From contig OZ242311.1 in NCBI GenBank assembly GCA_965207885.1, positions 6,080,001 through 6,144,000 of the forward strand: a DNA stretch of 64,000 nt. The letters are read 5' to 3'. Numbering within the stretch: the first letter of the stretch is position 1; each line of letters begins with the position of its first letter. Position numbers and translations under genes: made by a program. The DNA is from Candidatus Latescibacterota bacterium (GTDB lineage Bacteria > Latescibacterota > UBA2968). Below are positions 38,597 through 47,887 of this stretch, one piece after another. The notes beneath the pieces were generated by a model. The model saw only the letters and a program-made list of their open reading frames with translations. It searched no databases and had not been told where the DNA came from.

Positions 38597-40582
38597 TCAC
38601 CAGCTGTGAATCAAGTGCCCTTGGTCCGGGAACCAGATAAAATCGATTAACGCTCCCACAGCCAGCGATAAAATAAATCCCACAATTAAACCATAGCAGG
38701 CCGGTTTGAGTCGTCGGTAAAGCTGAATTCCCCCGAATCGCAAAACGATAAACTTGGCCAGCCACACGAGGAAGATATTCAGCATGTACACGCGGATCGG
38801 ATATAGCGTAAACAGCATCAGTCCCAGGGGATGGGCGGGCCACCACGGCAGTCGCGCCTGTAAGAGTCCAAATAGTACGGCTACCGCACCCCCTAAAATC
38901 CAGGTCGTGGCTTTGGCCAGGTCAAATACTGGGCGTTGCGTATTGGCCACCTCGCCAGCAATGCGGTTGAGGGTGCTTCGAGGTGCCCGCCGCATTAACC
39001 ACTCGTCCATGTGAATGCCGCCGAACTGATAACACAGCCAGACTGTGTATATAATGGTGACCAGCATGCCCAGGATCACCCCGCCCCAGATCAATCCCGA
39101 TGTGTTCCGGACACCTTCCCGGAGCCTGGCCACGTGGGGGATGGCCTGTGGCACCCGCCAGCCAGCCAGCAGATGGTTGTTCACCAGCCCCTGTCCCACC
39201 AGTGAAGATTCCGAAAACCCCCGCGTGCCCAGCAGGCTCAGGCTGTTCGCGGGAAAGGGGGGATAAATGTAGGGAAATCCACTGGCTGCCAAAAATTTCA
39301 TCGCCGCAAATAGCCCCATCGCAAATAGCCCCACCCACAGAAGTGCCAGATGCGGTTCGTACCCTGCGTGCATTACCCAAAAAAATAAATACAAAAGGCT
39401 TCCCAACAGGATAGCCAATGCCATCCGGGGCGATAGTATCGCTGTCTCGGCCTCTTCTCCCGGTACCGATGTTCGGACCTGCTGGAATACCCGCTTCAAG
39501 TGTCCTCGTGCCACCCACACAGCCCATACTACCAGCCCCACCATCGCTCCGCTGGTAAAAATATTCAGAATTTCTGCGCCATCGGCCGTTTGTCCGGCCA
39601 GTCCGATGGAAAATCCCGTGCGGTTCATCCCGTACAGCGCCGTCATTGCTATCGCATAGACCGACCATATTCCAAAGAGGATGTCTAAGTTGCACAAAAA
39701 CGTAAATCCCATCAAGTTGGGCAGCAGGCGAACCTGAAGCGTATTGGGCGGCAAATGCCGCGATATGTCGATCAATCTCCGCTGGTGAATTACCCATAGC
39801 TCGTTGCGGGGAAAATCCGGCACAAACCACGATACCATATCCAACAGTTCCGGCAGGGCCGCAATAAAAAATCCCACCCAGAACGCCCAGGCGCGCATAA
39901 AAGGCGGCCACCCCCGGCGCCGGTCAAACCCGGCGGTCAGTTCCTGCGCCACTTCTGATAGGGGAAAAGCCAATCGCTCGTGCCGCGCCCACTGTTTTTG
40001 AAAAATCGCGGTCAATCCCAGTCCAATGCCCGTTATCGCCAGCGCGGCTGACATGGCCCAGAAGGCTGGCGCCACCCACGCGGCCCACGGCACGGCTTCT
40101 CCGTATTCCAGGCCTTCGTAAAACCCCCGTAGGACGCCGGGCGAGTCCGCCAAAAACATCCACCAGGGCAGGTTGTCAAAGATCAATTCCTGCCAGCGGT
40201 TCTCCGCGGATGCGAAATACCGCGCCGCCCCTACCCGTCCAGCCCAGGCCGTGGCCCAGTTGGTGCCCGGAAACACGCCACCTACCCACAGGGTGCAAAA
40301 TAACAAGCGGAGTTCGCCCGAAGACAGCGATACTCCGGGCCAGAGCCGTTTGAGCAGGCTGTTGCCCAGCAGCCAAAAGACAAATGGAAATAGCACGGCC
40401 ATTGGCAATGTCGCCATTCCCATTCGCACGGTGCGGGGTTTCATCTCCACATACGTCGCCATTACGCAGGCGAGAATTAGTGTGATACCCGCTACCAGCC
40501 AGACTTGCTTGCGCACGCCCAGAGATTCAGGCGGAGCAATTGCGGCGGTATTGCGTCTCAGCGTTTCAGAAGGTTGAGCCAT
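38597..40582 (-). CDS. DUF6785/DUF6784 polytopic membrane protein (putative transporter), copy 1
   Basis: Same motifs as 30554-32554. Start MAQPS chosen by paralog alignment (alternative ATG at 40621). Confidence 0.82.
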   Translation of the reverse strand: MAQPSETLRRNTAAIAPPESLGVRKQVWLVAGITLILACVMATYVEMKPRTVRMGMATLPMAVLFPFVFWLLGNSLLKRLWPGVSLSSGELRLLFCTLWVGGVFPGTNWATAWAGRVGAARYFASAENRWQELIFDNLPWWMFLADSPGVLRGFYEGLEYGEAVPWAAWVAPAFWAMSAALAITGIGLGLTAIFQKQWARHERLAFPLSEVAQELTAGFDRRRGWPPFMRAWAFWVGFFIAALPELLDMVSWFVPDFPRNELWVIHQRRLIDISRHLPPNTLQVRLLPNLMGFTFLCNLDILFGIWSVYAIAMTALYGMNRTGFSIGLAGQTADGAEILNIFTSGAMVGLVVWAVWVARGHLKRVFQQVRTSVPGEEAETAILSPRMALAILLGSLLYLFFWVMHAGYEPHLALLWVGLFAMGLFAAMKFLAASGFPYIYPPFPANSLSLLGTRGFSESSLVGQGLVNNHLLAGWRVPQAIPHVARLREGVRNTSGLIWGGVILGMLVTIIYTVWLCYQFGGIHMDEWLMRRAPRSTLNRIAGEVANTQRPVFDLAKATTWILGGAVAVLFGLLQARLPWWPAHPLGLMLFTLYPIRVYMLNIFLVWLAKFIVLRFGGIQLYRRLKPACYGLIVGFILSLAVGALIDFIWFPDQGHLIHSW

Positions 40583-40587
40583 GTCGT

Positions 40588-40646
40588 AAAAAAAAGAAGC
40601 GTATCCCCTGCGATAGCGCATACCAGGTATGGCTCAGGATACGCTC
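40588..40646 (-). terminator. Terminator-like hairpin plus U-tract in the leader of the 21-kb gene run (candidate attenuator)
   Basis: Minus strand AGCGUAU-CCUG-AGC-CAUAC-cug-GUAUG-c-GCU-aucg-CAGG-gg-AUACGCU then UCUUUUUUUU, ending 5 nt before the AUG. Confidence 0.55.
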
Positions 40647-40688
40647 TGGCTGTGATTTATGCAAAGGAAATCCAGAGAAATCAGCGCC

Positions 40689-40890
40689 AATATCCATAAA
40701 TTTTACTGCGATTGCAACTGTTTATTTTCTTATATGAGATATTAATAAAATTCTTGCATCGTGTAATAATGTGAAATATATTATTGGCAGATTATCATTA
40801 TTTAGTCAGTTATATATGTCTTTTTTAAGTATTAAAGAAATATAATTTATATGGCATATATTACTTATTTTTTATTTTTTCAGGAGGAAA
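40689..40890. promoter_or_regulatory. Very AT-rich divergent promoter region
   Basis: Plus strand: TTGCAT-17-TATATT (40754-40782). Minus strand: TTGCAA-17-GATATT (40717-40689). AGGAGG RBS before 40895. Confidence 0.6.
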
Positions 40891-40894
40891 TCTT

Positions 40895-43800
40895 ATGAAA
40901 AAAATTGCAATAGTGTTTCTCGTTATTCTGTGTTCGGCATCGGTGGTATATGCCGGCACAACCGGTAAACTTACCGGGACCGTCAAAGATGCAGCCGGGC
41001 AGGTTTTGCCCGGTGCAAATGTCGTCGTCCAGGTAGAGGGTATTCTGGTGGGTGCTTCTACCGATGCGGACGGACAGTTCTTCATTCTGGCCGTTCCGCC
41101 AGGCCTGCATACCGTCAAGGCATCGATGGTCGGATACCAGGATGTCACGCAGACCGAGGTTCGCGTGAAAATCGATCAGACCTCAACGCTGAATTTTAGC
41201 CTCCGCGAAGAGGTCCTCGCTGCCGAAGAAATGGTTGTTGTGGCCGAACGACCACCCGTCGAAGTCGATTTGACCGGCAGCAAAGCCGTCATGTCATCAG
41301 TCGAACTCGACCGGAGCTTTGTCGCCAATATCAAGCAAGCTGTAGATACGCAGCAGGGCGTCAACTACAATGGCGGCATCCGCGGTGGGTTCGGTCTGGA
41401 TGTTTCCTATTATGTCGATGGTATGGAGTTGCGCGATGGTGCGTCCAACTCCAACTGGACGGGTATCAACACTTCCACAGTGCAGGAACTGGAGGTCCTG
41501 TCGGGAGGGTACAATGCCGAATACGGCCGCGCCAATGGCGCTGTGATCAATATGGTGACCAAATCGTCGAGGACCAGGGTCCACAGTACGCTCGATTACA
41601 AAATGCGCCCCGCTGGCATCTATCACTGGGGCGGGCATATTTACGGCCCTGAGCGCTACGAAAACCGCGTGATGAGCAATCCGGATTGGTGGAATAATCA
41701 CCCACCACCCGGCTGGTTCGGGACGGGCCACGTCACTGCGGCAGACGAGTACAAGAAAGGGCTTCGCGATAATCGCGATGGCGTGAATACGGCCCTGGCG
41801 CAGCACTGGATCATGAACTACCTGACTGCGCCCTGGATACAGGATTTAAAAGAGTACGACAAACGCACGCAGCACGGATATGAAGGCACGCTCTACGGTC
41901 CCCTGACCAAAAGGGCTTCTTTTATGGCTTCGGGCAGGTACTACAAGGGCGTTCCCAAATATCCTTCCGCATTGAATTACAACCCGGAATGGAACTTACA
42001 GAGTTCCCTGACTTTTGATGTCACTCAGAATTCAAGGGTTAAACTTCAGGGGATGCACGGCGGGTTTAACAACACGGACCAGTTCCGCACGCTGTACGGT
42101 TCCAGCGAGGACAATGGCTTGTGGCAGAACCGCAGCGGTGCGCATATTGCGTATCCCTCCAATAGCTGGAAATTTTTCCCCTTTGTGGCTCAGGGCACCC
42201 CGAGCCCGACCCCCCGAGCTCCCGAATACGTGCGGATGTGGAGCGGGCAGGCAAAGCTGACCCATATCTTTGACCCCAGAACATTTCTGGATGTCAATTT
42301 GAGCTACTTCTGGTATTTCCGCGAAGCCAATTACAGGCGGGACAATTTGTGGAAGACCAGCCACGCCGCCTATTCGAAGGGTTTTGACTGGAACGAAGTG
42401 CTGGTTGAGGAGGAAAACAAGCGCCTGACCAGGGGCCTGCCATTTCACGGCGTTGGCAGAATCTCCGGGATTCCCGGTTGGGGCCTCAACTACCCCGGCG
42501 ACCACGCCCAGGATTACGCCAAGGCCTATAACTATACCATCAAGGCCGATTTTACCAAGCAGGTCGATGATGTGCATCAACTGAAGGCCGGGCTATACGG
42601 ATCTTACCAGTTTTTCGACCGGTACTTCCACTTCGGGTATATCAGCACAGCCTGGGTCACAGATCCGATTGCCCGGGATACCAATCCCTATGAAGGTGCG
42701 ATCTATATTCAGGATAAGATCGAGACCATGGGCATGATCGTAAATGCCGGGCTGCGGGTGGATATGTACAATGTCAATGCTTATGTCAGCGATGACGTCT
42801 TCGACCCGCTTCGGATCGATCAGGATACGCCGGGCAATGTCAAACAGAGCGAGATATCCATCGGCGATCCCTATGGGTATAAGAATATTTCCAGTACTGA
42901 CGAGTTTGCAGAACACACGCCCACGCAGTGGGCAATCTCGCCCAGAATCGGTATTTCCCACCCCATTACAGATAGGACCGTGCTGCACTTTATGTACGGG
43001 CATTTCAATCAGCGGCCTTCGTGGCAAAAGATGACCAACACGCCTTTTATGCAATTGAGGCCCTATCCCGAGACTGATCCCATCCTCACACCGCTGCCAG
43101 CGGACTACGGACAGAAGCACGGCTATTCTTATACGCACTGGGCAGGTGCCGGAAATCCCGGTCTGGAGTTCGAAAAAATGATCCAGTATGAGGTCGGCTT
43201 CGATCAGAATATCGCCGATTTGCTCAATCTGGACGTGACCCTGTATTACAAGGATGGCAAGAATCTGACGGCCGCCGGATTCAGGAATGATGAGAGTTTT
43301 CTCGCCTATTACGGGACATATACCGGTACGGGCCACCGCTTGTTCCCCGATTTTAACGGCCTGGGATCCAGGGGACCGGGCAAGAGCGGGAGTCTGGTGG
43401 TTAACGGCAATATGTTTTTCCAGGATGTGCGGGGGTTGGAAATAACGATGGATAGCCGCTTCCAACAGTATGCCCACTTCAAGTTCCACTACAATTTGTC
43501 TTATTCGAATACCGGCATCTATGGACTGCGGAATGTCTATCGCGTTCAGCCGGATGGGCAGAAGGCGCGTCCGGACAGCCGTCACGGTGCGAACAACAGG
43601 GACAAGGGGGTATCTGGCAGAGACAACGCGTACTGGAATCCTCGGAACAGTGCCAAATTGACGGCTACGGTGTTTACACCGGCGAATTTTGGGCCTGTGG
43701 TGGGCGGTTGGAGACCCCTGGGCGATTGGAACGTGAACCTGCATTCCACCTGGAATCAGGGCTTCAAATATACCTACCACTCGCCGGGCGATCCATCTAC

Positions 43801-44104
43801 TGAGCCATTGAACATGCGGTGGAAACCCATGTGGAATACCAACATGATGGTCTCAAAGGGATTTGACAATATCATTCCGGGTGCGCGAACGGAAATCAAT
43901 GTCACGGTGGTCAATCTCTTCAATCAGAAACAACTGCGCCTCCCCTCGGGCAACAATCTGCAGCAATACCACGAGAACGGCAGGCTGCCATTTGTCGTGT
44001 ATGGCACTGGCGAATTCCGAGAGGAAGAGGACGATGTCTGGCGTTGGTACAACCAGCGGCAGATGCCGCGCGAGGTGATATTTGGCGTTCAGGTGAGGTG
44101 GTAG
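40895..44104 (+). CDS. TonB-dependent outer-membrane receptor with N-terminal CarboxypepD_reg-like domain
   Basis: Signal peptide, GTTGKL.G.V.D...LPGANV, plug ELEVLSGGYNAEYG, Y.QDK.E, N.GLR.D, SPR.G.S.PIT, C-terminal IFGVQVRW. Confidence 0.93.
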   Translation: MKKIAIVFLVILCSASVVYAGTTGKLTGTVKDAAGQVLPGANVVVQVEGILVGASTDADGQFFILAVPPGLHTVKASMVGYQDVTQTEVRVKIDQTSTLNFSLREEVLAAEEMVVVAERPPVEVDLTGSKAVMSSVELDRSFVANIKQAVDTQQGVNYNGGIRGGFGLDVSYYVDGMELRDGASNSNWTGINTSTVQELEVLSGGYNAEYGRANGAVINMVTKSSRTRVHSTLDYKMRPAGIYHWGGHIYGPERYENRVMSNPDWWNNHPPPGWFGTGHVTAADEYKKGLRDNRDGVNTALAQHWIMNYLTAPWIQDLKEYDKRTQHGYEGTLYGPLTKRASFMASGRYYKGVPKYPSALNYNPEWNLQSSLTFDVTQNSRVKLQGMHGGFNNTDQFRTLYGSSEDNGLWQNRSGAHIAYPSNSWKFFPFVAQGTPSPTPRAPEYVRMWSGQAKLTHIFDPRTFLDVNLSYFWYFREANYRRDNLWKTSHAAYSKGFDWNEVLVEEENKRLTRGLPFHGVGRISGIPGWGLNYPGDHAQDYAKAYNYTIKADFTKQVDDVHQLKAGLYGSYQFFDRYFHFGYISTAWVTDPIARDTNPYEGAIYIQDKIETMGMIVNAGLRVDMYNVNAYVSDDVFDPLRIDQDTPGNVKQSEISIGDPYGYKNISSTDEFAEHTPTQWAISPRIGISHPITDRTVLHFMYGHFNQRPSWQKMTNTPFMQLRPYPETDPILTPLPADYGQKHGYSYTHWAGAGNPGLEFEKMIQYEVGFDQNIADLLNLDVTLYYKDGKNLTAAGFRNDESFLAYYGTYTGTGHRLFPDFNGLGSRGPGKSGSLVVNGNMFFQDVRGLEITMDSRFQQYAHFKFHYNLSYSNTGIYGLRNVYRVQPDGQKARPDSRHGANNRDKGVSGRDNAYWNPRNSAKLTATVFTPANFGPVVGGWRPLGDWNVNLHSTWNQGFKYTYHSPGDPSTEPLNMRWKPMWNTNMMVSKGFDNIIPGARTEINVTVVNLFNQKQLRLPSGNNLQQYHENGRLPFVVYGTGEFREEEDDVWRWYNQRQMPREVIFGVQVRW

Positions 44105-44136
44105 AGCCTTTTATAGATGAAAGGAGAGGATGATTT

Positions 44137-46254
44137 ATGCGCTCATATTTCAGGCGGTTTAGATGGGCACTGTTGACCTCACTGCTCGGGTTGGCGGTTG
44201 CCGCGTCCGCAGTGCGGGCACAGAATGTGAACAATGAGGCCCTGACACGGGCGAAAATGTGGATGGAATCCTATGAAGCGGGTATCCCAGTTTCGGGCAG
44301 TATTGCAGGATGCGGACAGATCTCGTATCCCGGTTATCAGGGGAGTCTCAAAAATTCTTTGAATGGTGCGGGTTCCTGGACCACAGGCTCAGTGCGGGCG
44401 GTGCGGAACGACACTGCCTTCGTGCATGGGTTTGATGGCAACCAGTACCAGCCTCCCTGGGTCAGCATCGGCGAACCCACGAGGGTTATTAAGAATTACA
44501 ATTTTGTCGAAAGGGGTATCCATTTTCCGGAAGAGGTTATGGAGGGGGGGCTGATTTCGAACCATACCGGATGGCCCCCTGGAACCGAAGCAGATAACCT
44601 GAAGTATATTCTCAGGTCCAGAAGTATGGTCTGGAGCATTCCCAAATACGACGATTTCGTCATTACGGAATACACGATTATCAATGACGATTTCGCTCCT
44701 TTTCGCAATATGTTCTTCATTCACAGCTTTACGGTGCAGGTCACGCGGCAGGGCCGCGTTGGGGAGTTGAAAACCCAGTATGATACCGAGTATATCTGGG
44801 ATGAAAAACGAGGGGTTTTTGTTTTCTACGATGACAACTCCATTCCGATCAATACCGAGCAGGCAGTCACTTACGACATCGCACCGGGTAATGTCACGGG
44901 AGATGTCGGAGATCCGGGCAATATCAAGAGCCAGGGATCAATCGACTATCAGCTCTATTCTCCCCAGGTCGTCGGACACGGATTTGTGGATGTGCCGCCA
45001 AATGCGTTCGGCGAGTCCAGGGTACACCACTCAATCACCAATTACGACTGGAGCCTTTCCCCCACTGGTGTACATCCGGCGGCTCCGGAGTCGGAAAACG
45101 CAAAATGGGTGTGGGGAGGAGGTCGTCCTAATGTGTTAAACCTCGATAGATTTTCGGATATGCCCAGTCCGTTCGCCTTTTCCCAGTCGAAAATGAGCTA
45201 TCGAGCAGCCGCACAGGATCCAACGACCTCAGATGGTGGCATATACGAACGGTGGCCGGTCTATGCTATGGGCATCGGACCGTACAATCTGGCCCCTGGA
45301 GACTCGATCACATTTACCCGTATCATGTGTGCCGGGGAAATGGACCGCAACCTCGCCATGCTGGGCGGCGAAGCGGCCACGAGACTGATCGACATGGACT
45401 TTGCAAGTGAGGTGGAAGGGGCGAGTAATGAACACGCTTCTATCAAGGAATTTCGCAAGAACTGGGACGCGGCAATAGAATTGATCGAAACCAGGAACGC
45501 GACGGGTTTTTACACGCCAACTGCTGTTCCTCCACCTACCGTGGGCAATCCGCCCAAGATGCTTTTGGGTGATGAACTGGAAGCGGAGATTTTTAAATCC
45601 GAGGAAGGCGGGTCGTTCAAGTCCGGCGTCGAACTCCGGTGGATACCCGTTCCGAGCAATTATGTGGATCCGCTCACGGGCGAAGCCGATTTTGCAGGCT
45701 ACAAGGTGTATTCGTCCCCCGTCGGCATCGAAGGTCCCTGGGAGTTGCGGGCCACCATCAACAAAGGCCAGGAGAACATTCAGGACGGGCGGGTGGTTTT
45801 CCAGCTTGAAACCGATCCCGGCATTCCACTGCGCTATGGCGTGACCAGTTTTGATACGCAGGGATTGGAAAGCGGCATGACGGCTTATACCTACGATTCG
45901 ATCACGTCGAAGCGAGCACCCTCAAATGATTTTGCAGATGTGCGCGTGGTGCCCAATCCCTTCCGCCAGGTCAGTGGACACCCCGATCCCGGGCAGGCAA
46001 AGCGGTTGACATTTGTGAATGTGCCGTCGCAATGTACTATTCGCATCTACAATCTGGCGGGAGATTTGATTCGCACCATCCAGCACGACGATGGATTCGG
46101 CGAAGAAGCCTGGGGATCTACCACGGATAACGATTATATGCTCACGCGGTTTTTCCACAATGTGATGCCAGGGCTTTATATTTATCAGATAACTTCTGAA
46201 GTGCCCGGACATGAAGGCGAATCTGCTATGGGCAAATTCGTCGTCATCAAATAA
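44137..46254 (+). CDS. Exported protein with FN3-like module and T9SS-type C-terminal sorting domain
   Basis: Signal peptide (..VRA-Q), DFAGYKVY, C-terminal VRVVPNPF...F.N.P..CTIRIYNLAGDLI.TI...W...GLYIY...GKFVVIK. Confidence 0.8.
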   Translation: MRSYFRRFRWALLTSLLGLAVAASAVRAQNVNNEALTRAKMWMESYEAGIPVSGSIAGCGQISYPGYQGSLKNSLNGAGSWTTGSVRAVRNDTAFVHGFDGNQYQPPWVSIGEPTRVIKNYNFVERGIHFPEEVMEGGLISNHTGWPPGTEADNLKYILRSRSMVWSIPKYDDFVITEYTIINDDFAPFRNMFFIHSFTVQVTRQGRVGELKTQYDTEYIWDEKRGVFVFYDDNSIPINTEQAVTYDIAPGNVTGDVGDPGNIKSQGSIDYQLYSPQVVGHGFVDVPPNAFGESRVHHSITNYDWSLSPTGVHPAAPESENAKWVWGGGRPNVLNLDRFSDMPSPFAFSQSKMSYRAAAQDPTTSDGGIYERWPVYAMGIGPYNLAPGDSITFTRIMCAGEMDRNLAMLGGEAATRLIDMDFASEVEGASNEHASIKEFRKNWDAAIELIETRNATGFYTPTAVPPPTVGNPPKMLLGDELEAEIFKSEEGGSFKSGVELRWIPVPSNYVDPLTGEADFAGYKVYSSPVGIEGPWELRATINKGQENIQDGRVVFQLETDPGIPLRYGVTSFDTQGLESGMTAYTYDSITSKRAPSNDFADVRVVPNPFRQVSGHPDPGQAKRLTFVNVPSQCTIRIYNLAGDLIRTIQHDDGFGEEAWGSTTDNDYMLTRFFHNVMPGLYIYQITSEVPGHEGESAMGKFVVIK

Positions 46255-46284
46255 CCCTGTTACGGATAATTGGAGGACAGACTA

Positions 46285-47352
46285 ATGAATCGCCATTTCT
46301 ACATCTTATGCGCAATATTGGCCGTGTTCTTCCTGCCGCACAGGGCCAGCGGGCAGACGACCTACGGCGAACAGGAATTTGGTCTGGGCATTTCGCCAGC
46401 GCCTTTTGAACGCGTTGGCATGTCCGGCTGGCAATTTCTGAAAATTCCGACCAGCGCCCGCATCGCTGCAATGGGTGGTGTTGCTACCGCCATTAGCCAC
46501 GGCGATGCCAGTTTTGCATTCAACAATCCGGCTTCTACAACAGATGTTGAAGACTTAGATGTTTTTGTGGGTAGAATCAACTGGATTGCCGATATCGGAT
46601 ACAATGTGGGCAGTGTTGTCAAAAACCTGGACCAATGGGGCTATGTGGGGATCAACGCGACCGCTCTGGATTACGGCACCATGTACCGCACAGAAAATAT
46701 TGAAGTTCTGGATGCTGCGGGCAGGCGCACTGGCAACGTATCCATCAATCTGGACGAAGGCACATTTAGCGGCGGCAATCTCTCCATTGGCCTGACTTAT
46801 GGCAGGAAAGTGACAGATCGGTTGCAAATTGGTGGTAATCTGCGCTATATGGAAGAACAGTTAGACGATGTGCAGGGGGCCAAAACAGCCAACTGGGCGC
46901 TGGATATCGGCACTGTGTATTACACGGGGATCAAAAGTTTGCGGATTGCAATGGTCGGTCGGAATTTCGGTCCGGATACGCAGTTCTCCGAATACGACGA
47001 ACGCATCCAGACGCCTCCGGTCAATGTCCGCATGCCTATGTCATTTTCACTGGGTGCAGCTATTGATTTGTTCGAGGATGAAGAAGATCCGCATTTCATG
47101 ACCCTCGTGGGCGAGTTTGTACACCCGAACGATGGTCGGGAAAAATTGAATTTTGGTGCGGAGTACACTTATAATAATATGGGGATTTTACGGGCTGGAT
47201 ACAGGTACAACTACGATGAGGAGGGGTTGACGATTGGGGCAGGTGTTCGGCACAGTACCGGACAACTGGGTCTGAGGGTGGACTACGCGCTCGTGGATTT
47301 CGGGCGGTTGAACTATGTGCATCTCGTAACGCTCGGTATTAGCTATAAGTAG
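46285..47352 (+). CDS. PorV/PorQ-like (UPF0164, FadL-fold) outer-membrane beta-barrel
   Basis: G..FLKI..SAR.AAMGG...A, F.NPA, DIG..Y.TG, NFG, GAEY, LRAGY, DYA...FG.L..H. Confidence 0.88.
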   Translation: MNRHFYILCAILAVFFLPHRASGQTTYGEQEFGLGISPAPFERVGMSGWQFLKIPTSARIAAMGGVATAISHGDASFAFNNPASTTDVEDLDVFVGRINWIADIGYNVGSVVKNLDQWGYVGINATALDYGTMYRTENIEVLDAAGRRTGNVSINLDEGTFSGGNLSIGLTYGRKVTDRLQIGGNLRYMEEQLDDVQGAKTANWALDIGTVYYTGIKSLRIAMVGRNFGPDTQFSEYDERIQTPPVNVRMPMSFSLGAAIDLFEDEEDPHFMTLVGEFVHPNDGREKLNFGAEYTYNNMGILRAGYRYNYDEEGLTIGAGVRHSTGQLGLRVDYALVDFGRLNYVHLVTLGISYK

Positions 47353-47376
47353 AATCGTTCGAGATTTTCAAATATG

Positions 47377-47418
47377 CAAACGCCAGTGCAGGTCTTTGTT
47401 GCACTGGCGTTTGTTTTT
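47377..47418 (+). terminator. Intrinsic terminator of the TBDR-CTD-PorV operon
   Basis: CAAACGCCAGTGCA-9 nt-TGCACTGGCGTTTG followed by TTTTT. Confidence 0.9.
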
Positions 47419-47426
47419 GTCTGCTG

Positions 47427-47540
47427 TTAGGTATCTGTCAATACCTGACGATCTAAAACGCGCACCTCGGCCTCCAATCGCTCACCGAGGCGATCTTTCT
47501 CCAACTCCAAATTGTAGCGCGTCTGCAGATTGAGCCAGAG
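47427..47540 (-). pseudogene. higA: C-terminal remnant of HigA (VapI) antitoxin
   Basis: Frame reads LWLNLQTRYNLELEKDRLGERLEAEVRVLDRQVLTDT*, matching the FWLNLQxxYDL HigA signature; HTH part absent. Confidence 0.8.
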
Positions 47541-47551
47541 TAGTATTTCTT

Positions 47552-47698
47552 TTACGCCTCAGATTCCCTTGATAGGAGCGTTCCGACTCTTTGTAAAACC
47601 GCATCCACTATCTCTGTGGGCAAAGGACATATCAACGCTGCATTTCTCGCCTGCCAATCCATGTTCTTGACCTGATCTGACAGAATAACACCCGTCAC
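47552..47698 (-). pseudogene. mazF: C-terminal remnant of MazF/PemK toxin
   Basis: VTGVILSDQVKNMDWQARNAALICPLPTEIVDAVLQRVGTLL matches G.IL.DQVKS.DW..R of MazF; the N-terminal catalytic half is absent. Confidence 0.8.
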
Positions 47699-47816
47699 AT
47701 GAGTAGTAGATACAATGAAGATACATTGAAAATCGAATTTATCAAGGCCGATTTTGCATATCGCTCACGCAGTGGCAATGCGCGGTATTGCGTGCCATAT
47801 ACCAATGACAGAAAAC

Positions 47817-47845
47817 TGGACATGACCCGTTTTGGTGGGTACCTT
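47817..47845 (+). promoter_or_regulatory. Sigma70-like promoter
   Basis: TGGACA-17-TACCTT upstream of AAAGGAG RBS and ATG 47888. Confidence 0.45.
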
Positions 47846-47887
47846 ATCAGTAGTTCGCGGTTTGTTATTTCAAAAGGAGAAATACCT

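Noticed and set aside
42593-43780. 395-aa minus-strand ORF
   Set aside because: Antisense shadow of the TonB-dependent receptor.
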